Of a DNA stretch of 64,000 nt, positions 19,610 through 29,352 are shown in pieces; positions within the stretch are counted from its first letter, which is position 1; each line of letters begins with the position of its first letter. The DNA is from a virus (Duplodnaviria > Heunggongvirae > Uroviricota > Caudoviricetes), in the IMG/VR virus record IMGVR_UViG_3300035520_000451; one strand, given 5' to 3'. A model generated the notes under the pieces. The model saw only the letters and a list, made by a program, of their open reading frames with translations, searched no databases and was not told the origin of the DNA. The translations under genes were made by a program, and so were the position numbers.

Positions 19610-20404
19610 TTATAGAGTAAGAATATTCTTCAACAGCAAGGTCTTTTCACATTTATTTAATATGTCTTTAGATCCCTCTCCTTTAGTTCCATCATTAGTT
19701 ATAAGCTCGGTAAAAGCATTATAAACATTAAACATATTTGTGGTTTCTCCAGGTTTTACATAATATGGAGAATCTTTTTTCTCATAAAGTAATTTGTAAG
19801 CATCTATTGCAGTACTAGCTGCTAATTTTACTTTACCAAATCCGGTATCATAAGAACAACTAAGAGATTTTCTAACCCACAATCCCAGATTTTCATTTAT
19901 GGATTCTTCATTATATTCTACTTCAGTATTAGTTAATTGATTTAACCAATCTGTTATATCAGAAGTATATTCCAATAAACTATTTAGTACATTATAATTA
20001 ATAGTCTTCTCAGGTTCAATTTCTTGAACATTTAAAAATATTGGATCAAATACGCATAAATTTAAGCAAGCCATATTTAAAGCACCTCGATATATTTTAA
20101 ATACTGGTTTTCTAGTATCTAATCCATATACCATCCCAATTACTTCTTGATGATTGTGAAAAGAATATTCCTCTGGAAGAACAGCTTGAACCCATACTCT
20201 ATTAAATACAGTATCTTCAAGATTCATGTCGTCATCTTTTGTAAGACTTATTTGACTTGGAAGTTTAGCCTGTACTCTAAAATCACTAGTTAATTTAGAC
20301 ATTCTTTCTAAAAATGGAGTTACAAATGCTTCAGTACTCAAATATTCCTTATCCTTAATGATAGTGGCTTTACCTTTTAATAGTTCGTTTACAGTTAAAA
20401 TCAT
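19610..20404 (-). CDS. hypothetical protein
   Basis: 264-aa ORF. Confidence 0.45.
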   Translation of the reverse strand: MILTVNELLKGKATIIKDKEYLSTEAFVTPFLERMSKLTSDFRVQAKLPSQISLTKDDDMNLEDTVFNRVWVQAVLPEEYSFHNHQEVIGMVYGLDTRKPVFKIYRGALNMACLNLCVFDPIFLNVQEIEPEKTINYNVLNSLLEYTSDITDWLNQLTNTEVEYNEESINENLGLWVRKSLSCSYDTGFGKVKLAASTAIDAYKLLYEKKDSPYYVKPGETTNMFNVYNAFTELITNDGTKGEGSKDILNKCEKTLLLKNILTL

Positions 20405-20410
20405 TATTTT

Positions 20411-20445
20411 ATAAAATTAAAAAGAGGGAGTTATTAGCTCCCTCT
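20411..20445 (-). terminator. rho-independent terminator (minus strand)
   Basis: AGAGGGAG/CTCCCTCT 8-bp stem with 7-nt loop followed by a U-run on the minus strand; sits after an unlisted 56-aa ORF (about 20460-20630). Confidence 0.6.
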
Positions 20446-20648
20446 AAAATTAATTACGCATTTTTAAGATACTCGTCCAATTCTTTTCTGGTTATTCCTT
20501 CAAGAGCCATACATTGTGCTTTGGAAAGGTACTCTGTCCCTTTATAAGTAACAGCTTTAGCATTCTTGTTGGGTTTATAATTTTTAAACCAATACTTCTC
20601 GTTAGATTTTGTTTCTTTCATAATTACTAAAATTTATTTATTATTGAA

Positions 20649-20864
20649 TTAAATATCTTCACAATACCAATCATAATTATAAAAAACTGTTGTATCGTCT
20701 TCTGCTTCTCTTTCAAAAATATCTATAATTGGTTTATCTGCAGAATTACTAAGATAATTTTTATTTACTTGTTCTATTTCTTTCTCAGCGAGTTCTTTAT
20801 CTGTAGTAACAAGAAGAGGAGTCCAATCCCCTTGAAATATAATTTGAACTGTGTATAATGTCAT
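20649..20864 (-). CDS. hypothetical protein
   Basis: ORF. Confidence 0.4.
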   Translation of the reverse strand: MTLYTVQIIFQGDWTPLLVTTDKELAEKEIEQVNKNYLSNSADKPIIDIFEREAEDDTTVFYNYDWYCEDI

Positions 20865-20887
20865 AATTTATTATTTTTAAAAATATT

Positions 20888-21136
20888 TTAGTAAAGCCAA
20901 GCATAAATTCCACACATAAAGGGAATACATAATAATACTAGTATTCCTACTTTAACTAATATAACATAAGATTGCGCTATTTTAGGATTATCTTTTAGAA
21001 ATTTAAGCAAATATTCTGCATCCTCGTCTTTACTTTTAAATTCCATAAAATCCTCTAATGTCATATTAGCAGTATTTAGCATACAATAAAGAGTATATAT
21101 TACTAAACAGATTCCGCATATTTTTATTAAAATCAT
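20888..21136 (-). CDS. hypothetical membrane protein
   Basis: Two hydrophobic segments. Confidence 0.4.
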   Translation of the reverse strand: MILIKICGICLVIYTLYCMLNTANMTLEDFMEFKSKDEDAEYLLKFLKDNPKIAQSYVILVKVGILVLLCIPFMCGIYAWLY

Positions 21137-21405
21137 TTATTTCTATAATAATTAATTATATCATAAACTAACGATTCCGCATCTGAAGCAACATAAACAG
21201 TTGTATATTTATCACTTACATCACAAGCTAAACCAACTAATGGAGCGTAGTTTTCTTCGTAATCATCAACACGCTCTTCAAAGAAGTCTTCATCTATAAA
21301 ATACGGTTCTTGAGTACATTCAAGCACTTCACCAATATTTTTAGTTTGTGTATACTGTGCATCATACACAACTTCTACACCATTTAAACTCTTAAAATTA
21401 ATCAT
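21133..21405 (-). CDS. hypothetical protein
   Basis: ORF. Confidence 0.4.
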   Translation of the reverse strand: MINFKSLNGVEVVYDAQYTQTKNIGEVLECTQEPYFIDEDFFEERVDDYEENYAPLVGLACDVSDKYTTVYVASDAESLVYDIINYYRNK

Positions 21406-21683
21406 AGAAAACCAACATTTAAATTAGAAATTTCTGTAGTTTTAGATGCTTCATGATTATTTCTGTAATAATCAATCACATCTCTTAATGGATTGTAATA
21501 ATCACTAATATACAGTAATGAATAATGTTGTGCATCACCTGCCCAGAAAATACCACTTTGCCATTCCTCACCTTTTTCCTGTTCAAAAATATCTACGTTA
21601 CCGTATATATGATTTCTAATCCACTTTTTATTCACAGCAAACATGGTTATAGCTCCTTTAATATTTCTGAAGTTATTTTCCAT
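21402..21683 (-). CDS. hypothetical protein
   Basis: ORF. Confidence 0.4.
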   Translation of the reverse strand: MENNFRNIKGAITMFAVNKKWIRNHIYGNVDIFEQEKGEEWQSGIFWAGDAQHYSLLYISDYYNPLRDVIDYYRNNHEASKTTEISNLNVGFL

Positions 21684-21731
21684 TTAGGTTTTACTTTTTG
21701 CAACTCTTTACAGAATTGCTCTTCAAGTTCT

Positions 21732-22124
21732 TCATAAGTCATTTTGCACTTCGATTGAGGCTTTAGCCCATTCATCTAAGTCAATATGCAAACAATTATC
21801 CAATTTAAAGTAATATTTAGAATTCTGAGTAGTAAAATACTCAGAATTCCAATTAATAGACTCTATATTAGAAGTTCTATACCATTCACTTCCGGCATCT
21901 ATGTAAAGAGATACACCTTCAGCAAAGATAGCACACCAACCTTCAAATCTAAAACCATCATCTTTCCATATAACTATATAACCACAAGAGCTATGCTGAA
22001 TATTATAGATTTGTTCTGTAGACAAACCCTTCTCAGCTAATTCTATGGAATTACAATGCCATAAATTATTAAGAGGTATTAAATTAGATATTGCTATTAA
22101 ATCCGTAAATTTAAGTTCTCGCAT
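21732..22124 (-). CDS. hypothetical protein
   Basis: ORF. Confidence 0.4.
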   Translation of the reverse strand: MRELKFTDLIAISNLIPLNNLWHCNSIELAEKGLSTEQIYNIQHSSCGYIVIWKDDGFRFEGWCAIFAEGVSLYIDAGSEWYRTSNIESINWNSEYFTTQNSKYYFKLDNCLHIDLDEWAKASIEVQNDL

Positions 22125-22398
22125 CCTTTAAGTAATTAATTAAATCTTCTATAGGGTCTTCGCAAGCTTCTTTGTAAAAGAGTTTATTTAAATTCCCATC
22201 TTTCATAACTAGAATAAATGGATTTAATCTAGCACCATATTCACTTTTTAATTTATAAGCACGGTTTTTATCCGAGTGATATTCCGTATTTAAAATAGTG
22301 AAATAAATAGACTCCTTTTCTTTATTTACAGGTATGATAGCATCTGTAAACTTTTTAGATTCTTTAGAATTATTGACTACTATAGTTATGTTTAACAT
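22111..22398 (-). CDS. hypothetical small protein (paralog of 16110..16367)
   Basis: Shared GARL-PF motif block with 16110..16367. Confidence 0.45.
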   Translation of the reverse strand: MLNITIVVNNSKESKKFTDAIIPVNKEKESIYFTILNTEYHSDKNRAYKLKSEYGARLNPFILVMKDGNLNKLFYKEACEDPIEDLINYLKDART

Positions 22399-22399
22399 T

Positions 22400-22825
22400 T
22401 TAATCCAAAGGTGTTAAATAGAAATGTTTATAATCTATATTTAAATGATAAGCACCATCAAGAACATGATCCAGTTCAAAGTCACTAAAATAGCTAGCCC
22501 AATCAACCTTAATATAAGGTCTTAAACTAGCAGGTTCTATAGCCTCTTCATACTCTTCTTTAAGTTGCTGAATACAGTTAAATACTACTTCATCAGCATC
22601 TTTACTATCAAGAACTTGAAAGCTTCTAGTTAAGTGCCCGTCATTTATAGTTACCATATTAGGAAGAATTTCCTCTGTAACTTTTAAAGCGTCAAGATTT
22701 TCAGTATCTGCTTCTATAAATAACAAAGCAGCTACTACTTTATTGGGCTTCTCAAATTCTTGCTTTTTAGCAAAATCTTTATAAATTTTAGCTACGGTCT
22801 CATCAACAAAATAGTCTGTAATCAT
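22400..22825 (-). CDS. hypothetical protein, paralog family member 1
   Basis: Similar to 23795..24271 and 24216..24644 (ALLFIEADTENLDA block). Confidence 0.45.
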   Translation of the reverse strand: MITDYFVDETVAKIYKDFAKKQEFEKPNKVVAALLFIEADTENLDALKVTEEILPNMVTINDGHLTRSFQVLDSKDADEVVFNCIQQLKEEYEEAIEPASLRPYIKVDWASYFSDFELDHVLDGAYHLNIDYKHFYLTPLD

Positions 22826-23079
22826 TTTTCAAAATATTTAAATTTGTTCATTTGATCATTAATATTTTCTAATTCTTTTTCATAGAAATTTAAACGTCTT
22901 TTTAAATATCTAGTCCAGTCTTTTTTATCATATTCGGCAAGATATAACATAGAATGTTTATATTCTTCCTTAATATCTGGATCCCAAAAATCAGGATGGT
23001 CTAGTAACCATTCTAATTCTTTAATTAAAAGTTGGCATTGACCATCTTTAATTAAAAGTTTTTTTAATCTATCGTCCAT
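22822..23079 (-). CDS. hypothetical protein
   Basis: ORF. Confidence 0.4.
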   Translation of the reverse strand: MDDRLKKLLIKDGQCQLLIKELEWLLDHPDFWDPDIKEEYKHSMLYLAEYDKKDWTRYLKRRLNFYEKELENINDQMNKFKYFEK

Positions 23080-23689
23080 TTTCTATCCATTCATAATTAT
23101 CATATTGTCCATATACAGCGTCAAAGATTTCCTTAGCGAAATACCTACCTATATGCTTTGCTATCTCTAGTGATTCACACCTTAGTAACCCTAAATTAGC
23201 ATCTATAGCACCAAATCTGCCATAAAAACTACCTAAACCTACCGAACTTACAATATAATCACCCCCAACTAAATAGTAAGAAGTGCCCTCAAGCTTAACC
23301 TTGCCACAGATCTCCAAGTCACTATTTTTTATTACATCCTGGATATCGTCGTAGTCCTTACATAACCTAACCCAAGGGTAATAAATTTTATCATCAATCA
23401 ATGAAGGTTTATAGCCTTTATTTAATGCTTGTCTAATGATGTCAAGCTTGTAGAGAGCTGAAAGATGCTTTCTGAAACAATACTTAGATATTGCACCACC
23501 TAACAAAAATGAACTATCAACATTCAAGGTATTGCAAGCATCTTCAAAGGTTTTGATATTTTTCCAGTCTTTTGTTATAAGCTCTTGTTTATTAAAGGCT
23601 CGTAATGCTACCTCCTTGAGTGTTGCATTACCACTATTATACCACTCTTTAGCCTTCTCAAGAGTTAGTGAAATATATCTTGTTTCCAT
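23069..23689 (-). CDS. hypothetical protein
   Basis: 206-aa ORF. Confidence 0.4.
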   Translation of the reverse strand: METRYISLTLEKAKEWYNSGNATLKEVALRAFNKQELITKDWKNIKTFEDACNTLNVDSSFLLGGAISKYCFRKHLSALYKLDIIRQALNKGYKPSLIDDKIYYPWVRLCKDYDDIQDVIKNSDLEICGKVKLEGTSYYLVGGDYIVSSVGLGSFYGRFGAIDANLGLLRCESLEIAKHIGRYFAKEIFDAVYGQYDNYEWIENGR

Positions 23690-23794
23690 TTTTTAATTTA
23701 ATATTTTATTCGTGGGCCTCTTTTTAAACCCATTTCTAAAAAGATTTCTTTTAACCATTTTAATAAAATAGAATTAGTTATATTATCAATTTTC

Positions 23795-24271
23795 TTATCC
23801 ATTACGGGGAAGTATATAATAATTCTGGCAATCAACAATTACTCTATAAAACCCATCTAAAACATCTTCTAATTGTCCAAAATCCGCATCCTTCCAAAAA
23901 TCTCCCCAATTTACAGTTATATAATTAGAAAGAAAATCTGGAGTGATTTGTACTGTACAAGTATTTTCAAATTCACTTTGATAATTATAAACAGCACTTT
24001 TAGCTTCTTGCTCATCTAGTACTCGATAACTGCGAATAAAGAAATGATCCTTAACAGTAATTAAATTTGTTAATAAAGATTCTGAAATATCATAAGCATT
24101 AAGATCCTCAATATCAGCACTAATAAATAAAAGTACTGCAATAATTTTTTCAGACATTAGAAAATTATGTTTTGAAACCCATTCTTTAATGACTTTTTCA
24201 TTACTTCCAATACAATCAACGATCATTATCAATATTTTTAATATACAAAGTTTCGTAGAAATCCTCATCAA
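23795..24271 (-). CDS. hypothetical protein, paralog family member 2
   Basis: VLLFISADIEDLNAYDISESLLTNLITVKD aligns with 22400..22825. Confidence 0.45.
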   Translation of the reverse strand: MMRISTKLCILKILIMIVDCIGSNEKVIKEWVSKHNFLMSEKIIAVLLFISADIEDLNAYDISESLLTNLITVKDHFFIRSYRVLDEQEAKSAVYNYQSEFENTCTVQITPDFLSNYITVNWGDFWKDADFGQLEDVLDGFYRVIVDCQNYYILPRNG

Positions 24272-24644
24272 CTGCTACATAAACAGCACAGAATTCATAA
24301 ATATCTGGATAATGAGTATCCCAATAATCATCCCAATCAATATAAGAATGCATTTCTACAGGAATTCGCACCAGCCAATTCTTTTCAGTTTCTCTTTGAT
24401 ACGAAGTTATCATATTATCAAGCTCATCATTATCAAATACTTTATAAATATGATTATCATATTTAATTTCCGCTAAACTTTTAGTTGATTTTAGAATTTT
24501 AAAATTATCATTTTTAGTATAATCAAAATCATAAGCTAAAATTAACGCAGCTACAAATTTATTATAACCGTGTTCATCGCACCAATTAAGAACTTCTTTA
24601 TTATGCTTCTTTTCTGCTTCTAAATCAATAAGTTCACCAATCAT
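24216..24644 (-). CDS. hypothetical protein, paralog family member 3
   Basis: VAALILAYDFDYTKNDNFKILK block similar to family; overlaps the previous ORF start. Confidence 0.4.
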   Translation of the reverse strand: MIGELIDLEAEKKHNKEVLNWCDEHGYNKFVAALILAYDFDYTKNDNFKILKSTKSLAEIKYDNHIYKVFDNDELDNMITSYQRETEKNWLVRIPVEMHSYIDWDDYWDTHYPDIYEFCAVYVAVDEDFYETLYIKNIDNDR

Positions 24645-24952
24645 AAGCTAAGTATTATATTAGTTAAATATTCTCTAGTTCCTTGGACACAAGCTTCTTC
24701 TAATTCATTAATCAAGAGTTTTATACGTAAACCATCTTCTTTAAGAATAATCATATTCATAGATTGAAGGTGCTCCGGTTCAATAATTAAAATAAAATCA
24801 TCTATCGGCATCCTTTCTAAAGTTATTTTTACATGAATAGGATAATTAAATTCAACGCATTTAGAATTCGAGGCTACATTTCTAACTCTTGTCCAATATT
24901 TAGTAGGATTCTTAGTAAGCTTTTTAATAATAGTTTCTACTGTCTGTATCAT
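24641..24952 (-). CDS. hypothetical protein
   Basis: ORF. Confidence 0.4.
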   Translation of the reverse strand: MIQTVETIIKKLTKNPTKYWTRVRNVASNSKCVEFNYPIHVKITLERMPIDDFILIIEPEHLQSMNMIILKEDGLRIKLLINELEEACVQGTREYLTNIILSL

Positions 24953-24963
24953 ATCTTTTAAGA

Positions 24964-25152
24964 TTATGGTAAGAGTTTCACAAAATAACGTCCTCTATAG
25001 CTTTCAGAAATATCATCTGTGTCAAAATCATACACATCGGATAAATCGGGTAGATTATTGTCTGCCAAATAATCATCCCAATTTATATAAGCAAAGAATT
25101 TATCGGGAATTTCTTTTGCTGCTTGCTCTCTTATTTGCTCTATGCCTTCCAT
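24964..25152 (-). CDS. hypothetical protein
   Basis: ORF. Confidence 0.35.
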   Translation of the reverse strand: MEGIEQIREQAAKEIPDKFFAYINWDDYLADNNLPDLSDVYDFDTDDISESYRGRYFVKLLP

Positions 25153-25357
25153 CCATATTGTTTCCCAAACAACTTCATCAACGACTATGTAGGTCTTTAA
25201 ATTAATAATGACTTTCCAGCGATGAAAATTTATTTTTTTTTCTACATGTATATCAGCTTGCTTGTAGTTTTCGATATTATAATACTTTATAATATCAGCT
25301 ACAAATTCAGGATATCCCTAGATTTGCAAAATTTAATAAGTTTTTTATCATTCATAA

Positions 25358-26722
25358 CTACTGATAAATTAGAACATTCTTTTTAGTTCTAGATAAAGCT
25401 ACATATTGGAGTTGCCTTCTTACCGCTTCATCTCTACAACTGTTTATATTACGAATATCGACAAATACACTGTCATAAGTACTACCTTGAGCTTTATGTG
25501 TGCTTATAGCATAGCTATAGTCAAAAGATTTCTTTCTAATCAATCGGCCGTCAACGTATAAATCTATTGGAGTAGTAAAACTTTCGACCATTTCAAAATA
25601 TCTTCTCCAATATTTATTTGCCTGAGCTTTATTCCCGGCTTGTTTACTTGAAATTGCACTTTGCCTAAATTCCTCGATTTTGTATGCTAACATATCTAAA
25701 TAATCTTTAGAAATATCTTTTGACAACATAGCAATATTTCCACTACTTTTAGTTAGAGAATCATAAAGTTCTAATCTAATAGCTGGCAATATTCCAAAGT
25801 TAGGAATGCCTAAGTCTATTTTCTCTGGCTCATTTATAATAACATAATCCATAGAATTATAGAACTTAAAATTATTAAACTCTAGATTTTCACAACCTAT
25901 AAGAAATTCATTTTTATGATACTGACAATCTTCTCCAAATAATGCCTTATGAAAGCCTGCATTATACGCCTGCACTCTTTCATTAGTATAACATAAAATT
26001 TTAGTTTTTAGCACATCTGACTCCTTTAAAGCTTTCTCAATCTCAATTTTTGCTTCTTTTAAAAATTCAGACATATTAGACGTTACAAGAAGACTTCCAT
26101 CTTCACCTATAGAATTATCGAAACGTAGTATGGAATGCTTTCTGAGAGTCTGTAATACATCGAGAAGTCCACTCTTGTCCGATTGTCTATATATTTTTTG
26201 TAATTCAATACTAGGTTTAGTATGAATAATTTTAGTTAAAGAATCTTGTTTTACAGGTTGAAGTTGACAAAAATCTCCCGTAAAGATAATCTGAGATTTA
26301 AATTCTTGCGCTTTAGTTAATAAAACTTCATATAAATCATCATTTATCATTGAAGATTCATCACAAATTATAACACCCTTGTAAGGCATACTTCCATTAG
26401 TATTGCCGCATTTAAACATAAGATTGCGAAAATCCAACATAAAAATGTCAAGATTAGGAGAAAGCGCGAGTAATTTATGTAGTGTAATTGCTTCTCTATT
26501 TGTGTATCTAGAGATAACCAACGCTGCCTTATGCGTTGGCGCACATAATGTATATTCAATATCTTGTTGTTCACACCACTTAATAATATAATTTACTAAT
26601 ATACTTTTACCTGTACCAGCACTACCATAATATAAACAAGCTATATCTTTATGATCATTAACAAAGTCTTTAACCATATTAAAAGCTTTTTCTTGATCTT
26701 CTCCTAGTATTATATTTTTCAT
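25358..26722 (-). CDS. SF1 DNA helicase, Dda/RecD-like
   Basis: Walker A YYGSAGTGKS, motif II IICDESSM, FTGDFCQLQPV, motif VI-like ISTHKAQGSTYDSVFV. Confidence 0.75.
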   Translation of the reverse strand: MKNIILGEDQEKAFNMVKDFVNDHKDIACLYYGSAGTGKSILVNYIIKWCEQQDIEYTLCAPTHKAALVISRYTNREAITLHKLLALSPNLDIFMLDFRNLMFKCGNTNGSMPYKGVIICDESSMINDDLYEVLLTKAQEFKSQIIFTGDFCQLQPVKQDSLTKIIHTKPSIELQKIYRQSDKSGLLDVLQTLRKHSILRFDNSIGEDGSLLVTSNMSEFLKEAKIEIEKALKESDVLKTKILCYTNERVQAYNAGFHKALFGEDCQYHKNEFLIGCENLEFNNFKFYNSMDYVIINEPEKIDLGIPNFGILPAIRLELYDSLTKSSGNIAMLSKDISKDYLDMLAYKIEEFRQSAISSKQAGNKAQANKYWRRYFEMVESFTTPIDLYVDGRLIRKKSFDYSYAISTHKAQGSTYDSVFVDIRNINSCRDEAVRRQLQYVALSRTKKNVLIYQ

Positions 26723-26846
26723 TTATATTGTACAAATTGGTACTTTCATTATTAATGCCATAATAGGAAGAGACAGTATCATGCCTATGATTATTCCCAA
26801 TAACATTATTTGTAAAGTATTTCTAAATATTTTTAATATCTGCATT

Positions 26847-27287
26847 TTAATAATTATAATAAACAAACCATTTTAAAGGAGTACTTATATTTAACAACCT
26901 AGTTAAGTAAGATTTATCAATAATATCTGAAGGCTGTTCCATATGTTTAACATTACTTAAATAAGAAAATAAATTATTTAGTTGTACTATATAACTATTA
27001 AGCTCATAATCATATCTTATAATATTATATTCCGAAATATCAGAATTAGTAAATTCAAAAGAATCTATATCATATAATTGAGCCATTATAATAGGCAAAT
27101 ATTCACACCCAACTAATCCTATTAACCATTTACGTAAATCATAAGTGTAGGGTAATTGTCTAAATTCAAAATGTTTTTCAATTAAATCCAGTTCTGCAGA
27201 AGATAAGTTATTAACAAATCTTTGAATATTTCTATAATCTGGATAATATGAATTTAATAAGTCTTCAAAAGCTTCAATATGAGTCAT
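26847..27287 (-). CDS. hypothetical protein
   Basis: ORF. Confidence 0.4.
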   Translation of the reverse strand: MTHIEAFEDLLNSYYPDYRNIQRFVNNLSSAELDLIEKHFEFRQLPYTYDLRKWLIGLVGCEYLPIIMAQLYDIDSFEFTNSDISEYNIIRYDYELNSYIVQLNNLFSYLSNVKHMEQPSDIIDKSYLTRLLNISTPLKWFVYYNY

Positions 27288-27472
27288 TCTACAATAAATT
27301 TAAAATCATTAGTTTGATTAAGATGATCTGCTAATAGATATTTAGTATAATAATAAGAACAAATCGGACCTTTTACTAGTTTCTCCAAATCTTCTTTATA
27401 ATATTCAAGAAGCTCATTTATATAAGATATAAGGGAGTCAAGTGATACTTTATAAGTGTTAGCTTTATACAA
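27284..27472 (-). CDS. hypothetical protein
   Basis: ORF. Confidence 0.35.
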   Translation of the reverse strand: MYKANTYKVSLDSLISYINELLEYYKEDLEKLVKGPICSYYYTKYLLADHLNQTNDFKFIVE

Positions 27473-27763
27473 ATCTTCTACAAAATCTCGACCAGGATAT
27501 TCATAAAAAACTCCTCTTTCTTCTAGAATATCCCATACAGGGCCACTATTATCCTTAAAGAAATATTCAAAAGCAAAATATAATACATCACCACTTACTT
27601 CTCTAATTATAAAATTTGTGAAATCTTCGAAATTATCAGGAATTTCTCCCCCAACATTTATTTGAAATATAATCTAATTGTAAATCAGATAAACTATCAA
27701 CATAATTGAGTACCTTATCATAATCCTCGCAATATCTACTAATTAATTCTTCTTTATCCATTT

Positions 27764-28000
27764 TTAAATATTTTCAAAAGTTCCACTAATTAAATTATCA
27801 TTAATTATCAAATCATAAGAAAGTCCATAAGAATTTCTAGAGAAATTATAATTTGAATAATCAGATGCTCCAAATAAACTTAACACATTACGATAAGTAA
27901 ATTTCTTGCAAGAATTCATATTATTAGAATGCAAATCACCTTTAACAATATGAATATTATCACCTGTAATCCCTCTAGAATCTAGCCATTCATATAACAA
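27764..28000 (-). CDS. metallophosphoesterase, 3' exon (interrupted gene)
   Basis: KGDLHS (GDxH-type motif) continuing the phosphoesterase that stops at 29353. Confidence 0.5.
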   Translation of the reverse strand: MLYEWLDSRGITGDNIHIVKGDLHSNNMNSCKKFTYRNVLSLFGASDYSNYNFSRNSYGLSYDLIINDNLISGTFENI

Positions 28001-29352
28001 TACCTTAGACTTTTCATCTAAGTTGAGAGGAAGTCCCTTTTTACAGAACTGGTCGTCTTTCAGTTATGTTATCGCCAAGTTTTTTATCTTGACTTCTATA
28101 GTTTCCTATTCACTATAGCTCAGCGTACCTTTTCATCCACTTATTTCAGTTGGGATGGAAACCACTCTTGGGACTATTTTATTCTTTTACAAGTTTCAAG
28201 TCCTACGCGTTACGGTGTTACAGACTTTTTAATTTCTGTAATTACCTCGGGATTAACATCTCAGTATTCCCCGATTTTGGTTTCTAATTATCTATATGAT
28301 TCCTCATATAGACGGCAATATTCTAAAAATTTTTCATATTTTCTCGATAAATATATTGTAGAATTTTTATAAAGTTTGCACATACTTTCATAGGCGTCCT
28401 TTCCAGTTAAATTAAAATATTTAATAATACTTTGTTGTTCTGGGTGATTAATATGTAAAGTAGGTGTTTTAGAACAAATAAATTTAATAATAGAATTTAA
28501 TATTTCATCTGTTCCTAAGACAGAAACTTCTGGGCGAGTATGCTCTTTATCATTCCAAGTTAAACAGCCGTCCCCATCCCAATATCCTCTAATAAAATGA
28601 TATATCAATTCTTTAGATTTAAATAATTCAATTCTAGGAAATTTCAAAGTTAATGATTTCTTAGGAGTACAGCCATTAACATTTAAAATATTCCATAAAT
28701 GTTTAGAATATACACTTAATCTACACCTAATTTCATCTTTATATAAAGATTGCTTATATTCTAAAAATTTAGCAAACTTTTCAAGATGTTCCAAGTCTTT
28801 GATAGATAAAGATAATTCAATTTGATATTGAGTTTTAACTTCTTTTCTTAAAGGTGAAGAACTAATAGTTCCATCAGCAAATAAAAATCCTAGCCAATAC
28901 GCTTTTTCTTCAGTATCAATTGAATCAAATATATATTCATTAAAATTCGCTTTTCCTAAAATTTTTATATCAGGATAATAAGTAGAAATATAGTCAGATA
29001 GTTCATTAGCACTAATTTTAAATTCTGACGCTAATTCTTTAATATTTGTATTAGGAAAACCTCCCAATTCAACATATTTATCAGCTGCATATTTATATTT
29101 AGCACAGGAAACTATATTCTTTCCTTTTTCTATTTTATAAAATCCTAATTCCTTAAATCTATTTATAATTATTTGTTCTGTATCTTTATAATTTCTAGTT
29201 ACTTCTGAAAGAGTTTTTTCACCTCTTAAAAGTAAGTTAATAAGATCATCAAGATTTAAATTTTTATAAAATTTCATATTTCTATATATTAATTACTATT
29301 TCCATATAAATATACGAAATATGTTTTATAAAACAAAATTAATTTTTAGATT
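28001..29352 (-). mobile_element. group-I-like intron carrying a LAGLIDADG homing endonuclease gene
   Basis: GC-richer, stem-rich 290-nt non-coding core (28001-28287) plus HE ORF, located between two halves of one phosphoesterase frame. Confidence 0.55.
28288..29277 (-). CDS. LAGLIDADG homing endonuclease
   Basis: YWLGFLFADGTI and IRGYWDGDGCL motifs. Confidence 0.8.
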   Translation of the reverse strand: MKFYKNLNLDDLINLLLRGEKTLSEVTRNYKDTEQIIINRFKELGFYKIEKGKNIVSCAKYKYAADKYVELGGFPNTNIKELASEFKISANELSDYISTYYPDIKILGKANFNEYIFDSIDTEEKAYWLGFLFADGTISSSPLRKEVKTQYQIELSLSIKDLEHLEKFAKFLEYKQSLYKDEIRCRLSVYSKHLWNILNVNGCTPKKSLTLKFPRIELFKSKELIYHFIRGYWDGDGCLTWNDKEHTRPEVSVLGTDEILNSIIKFICSKTPTLHINHPEQQSIIKYFNLTGKDAYESMCKLYKNSTIYLSRKYEKFLEYCRLYEESYR

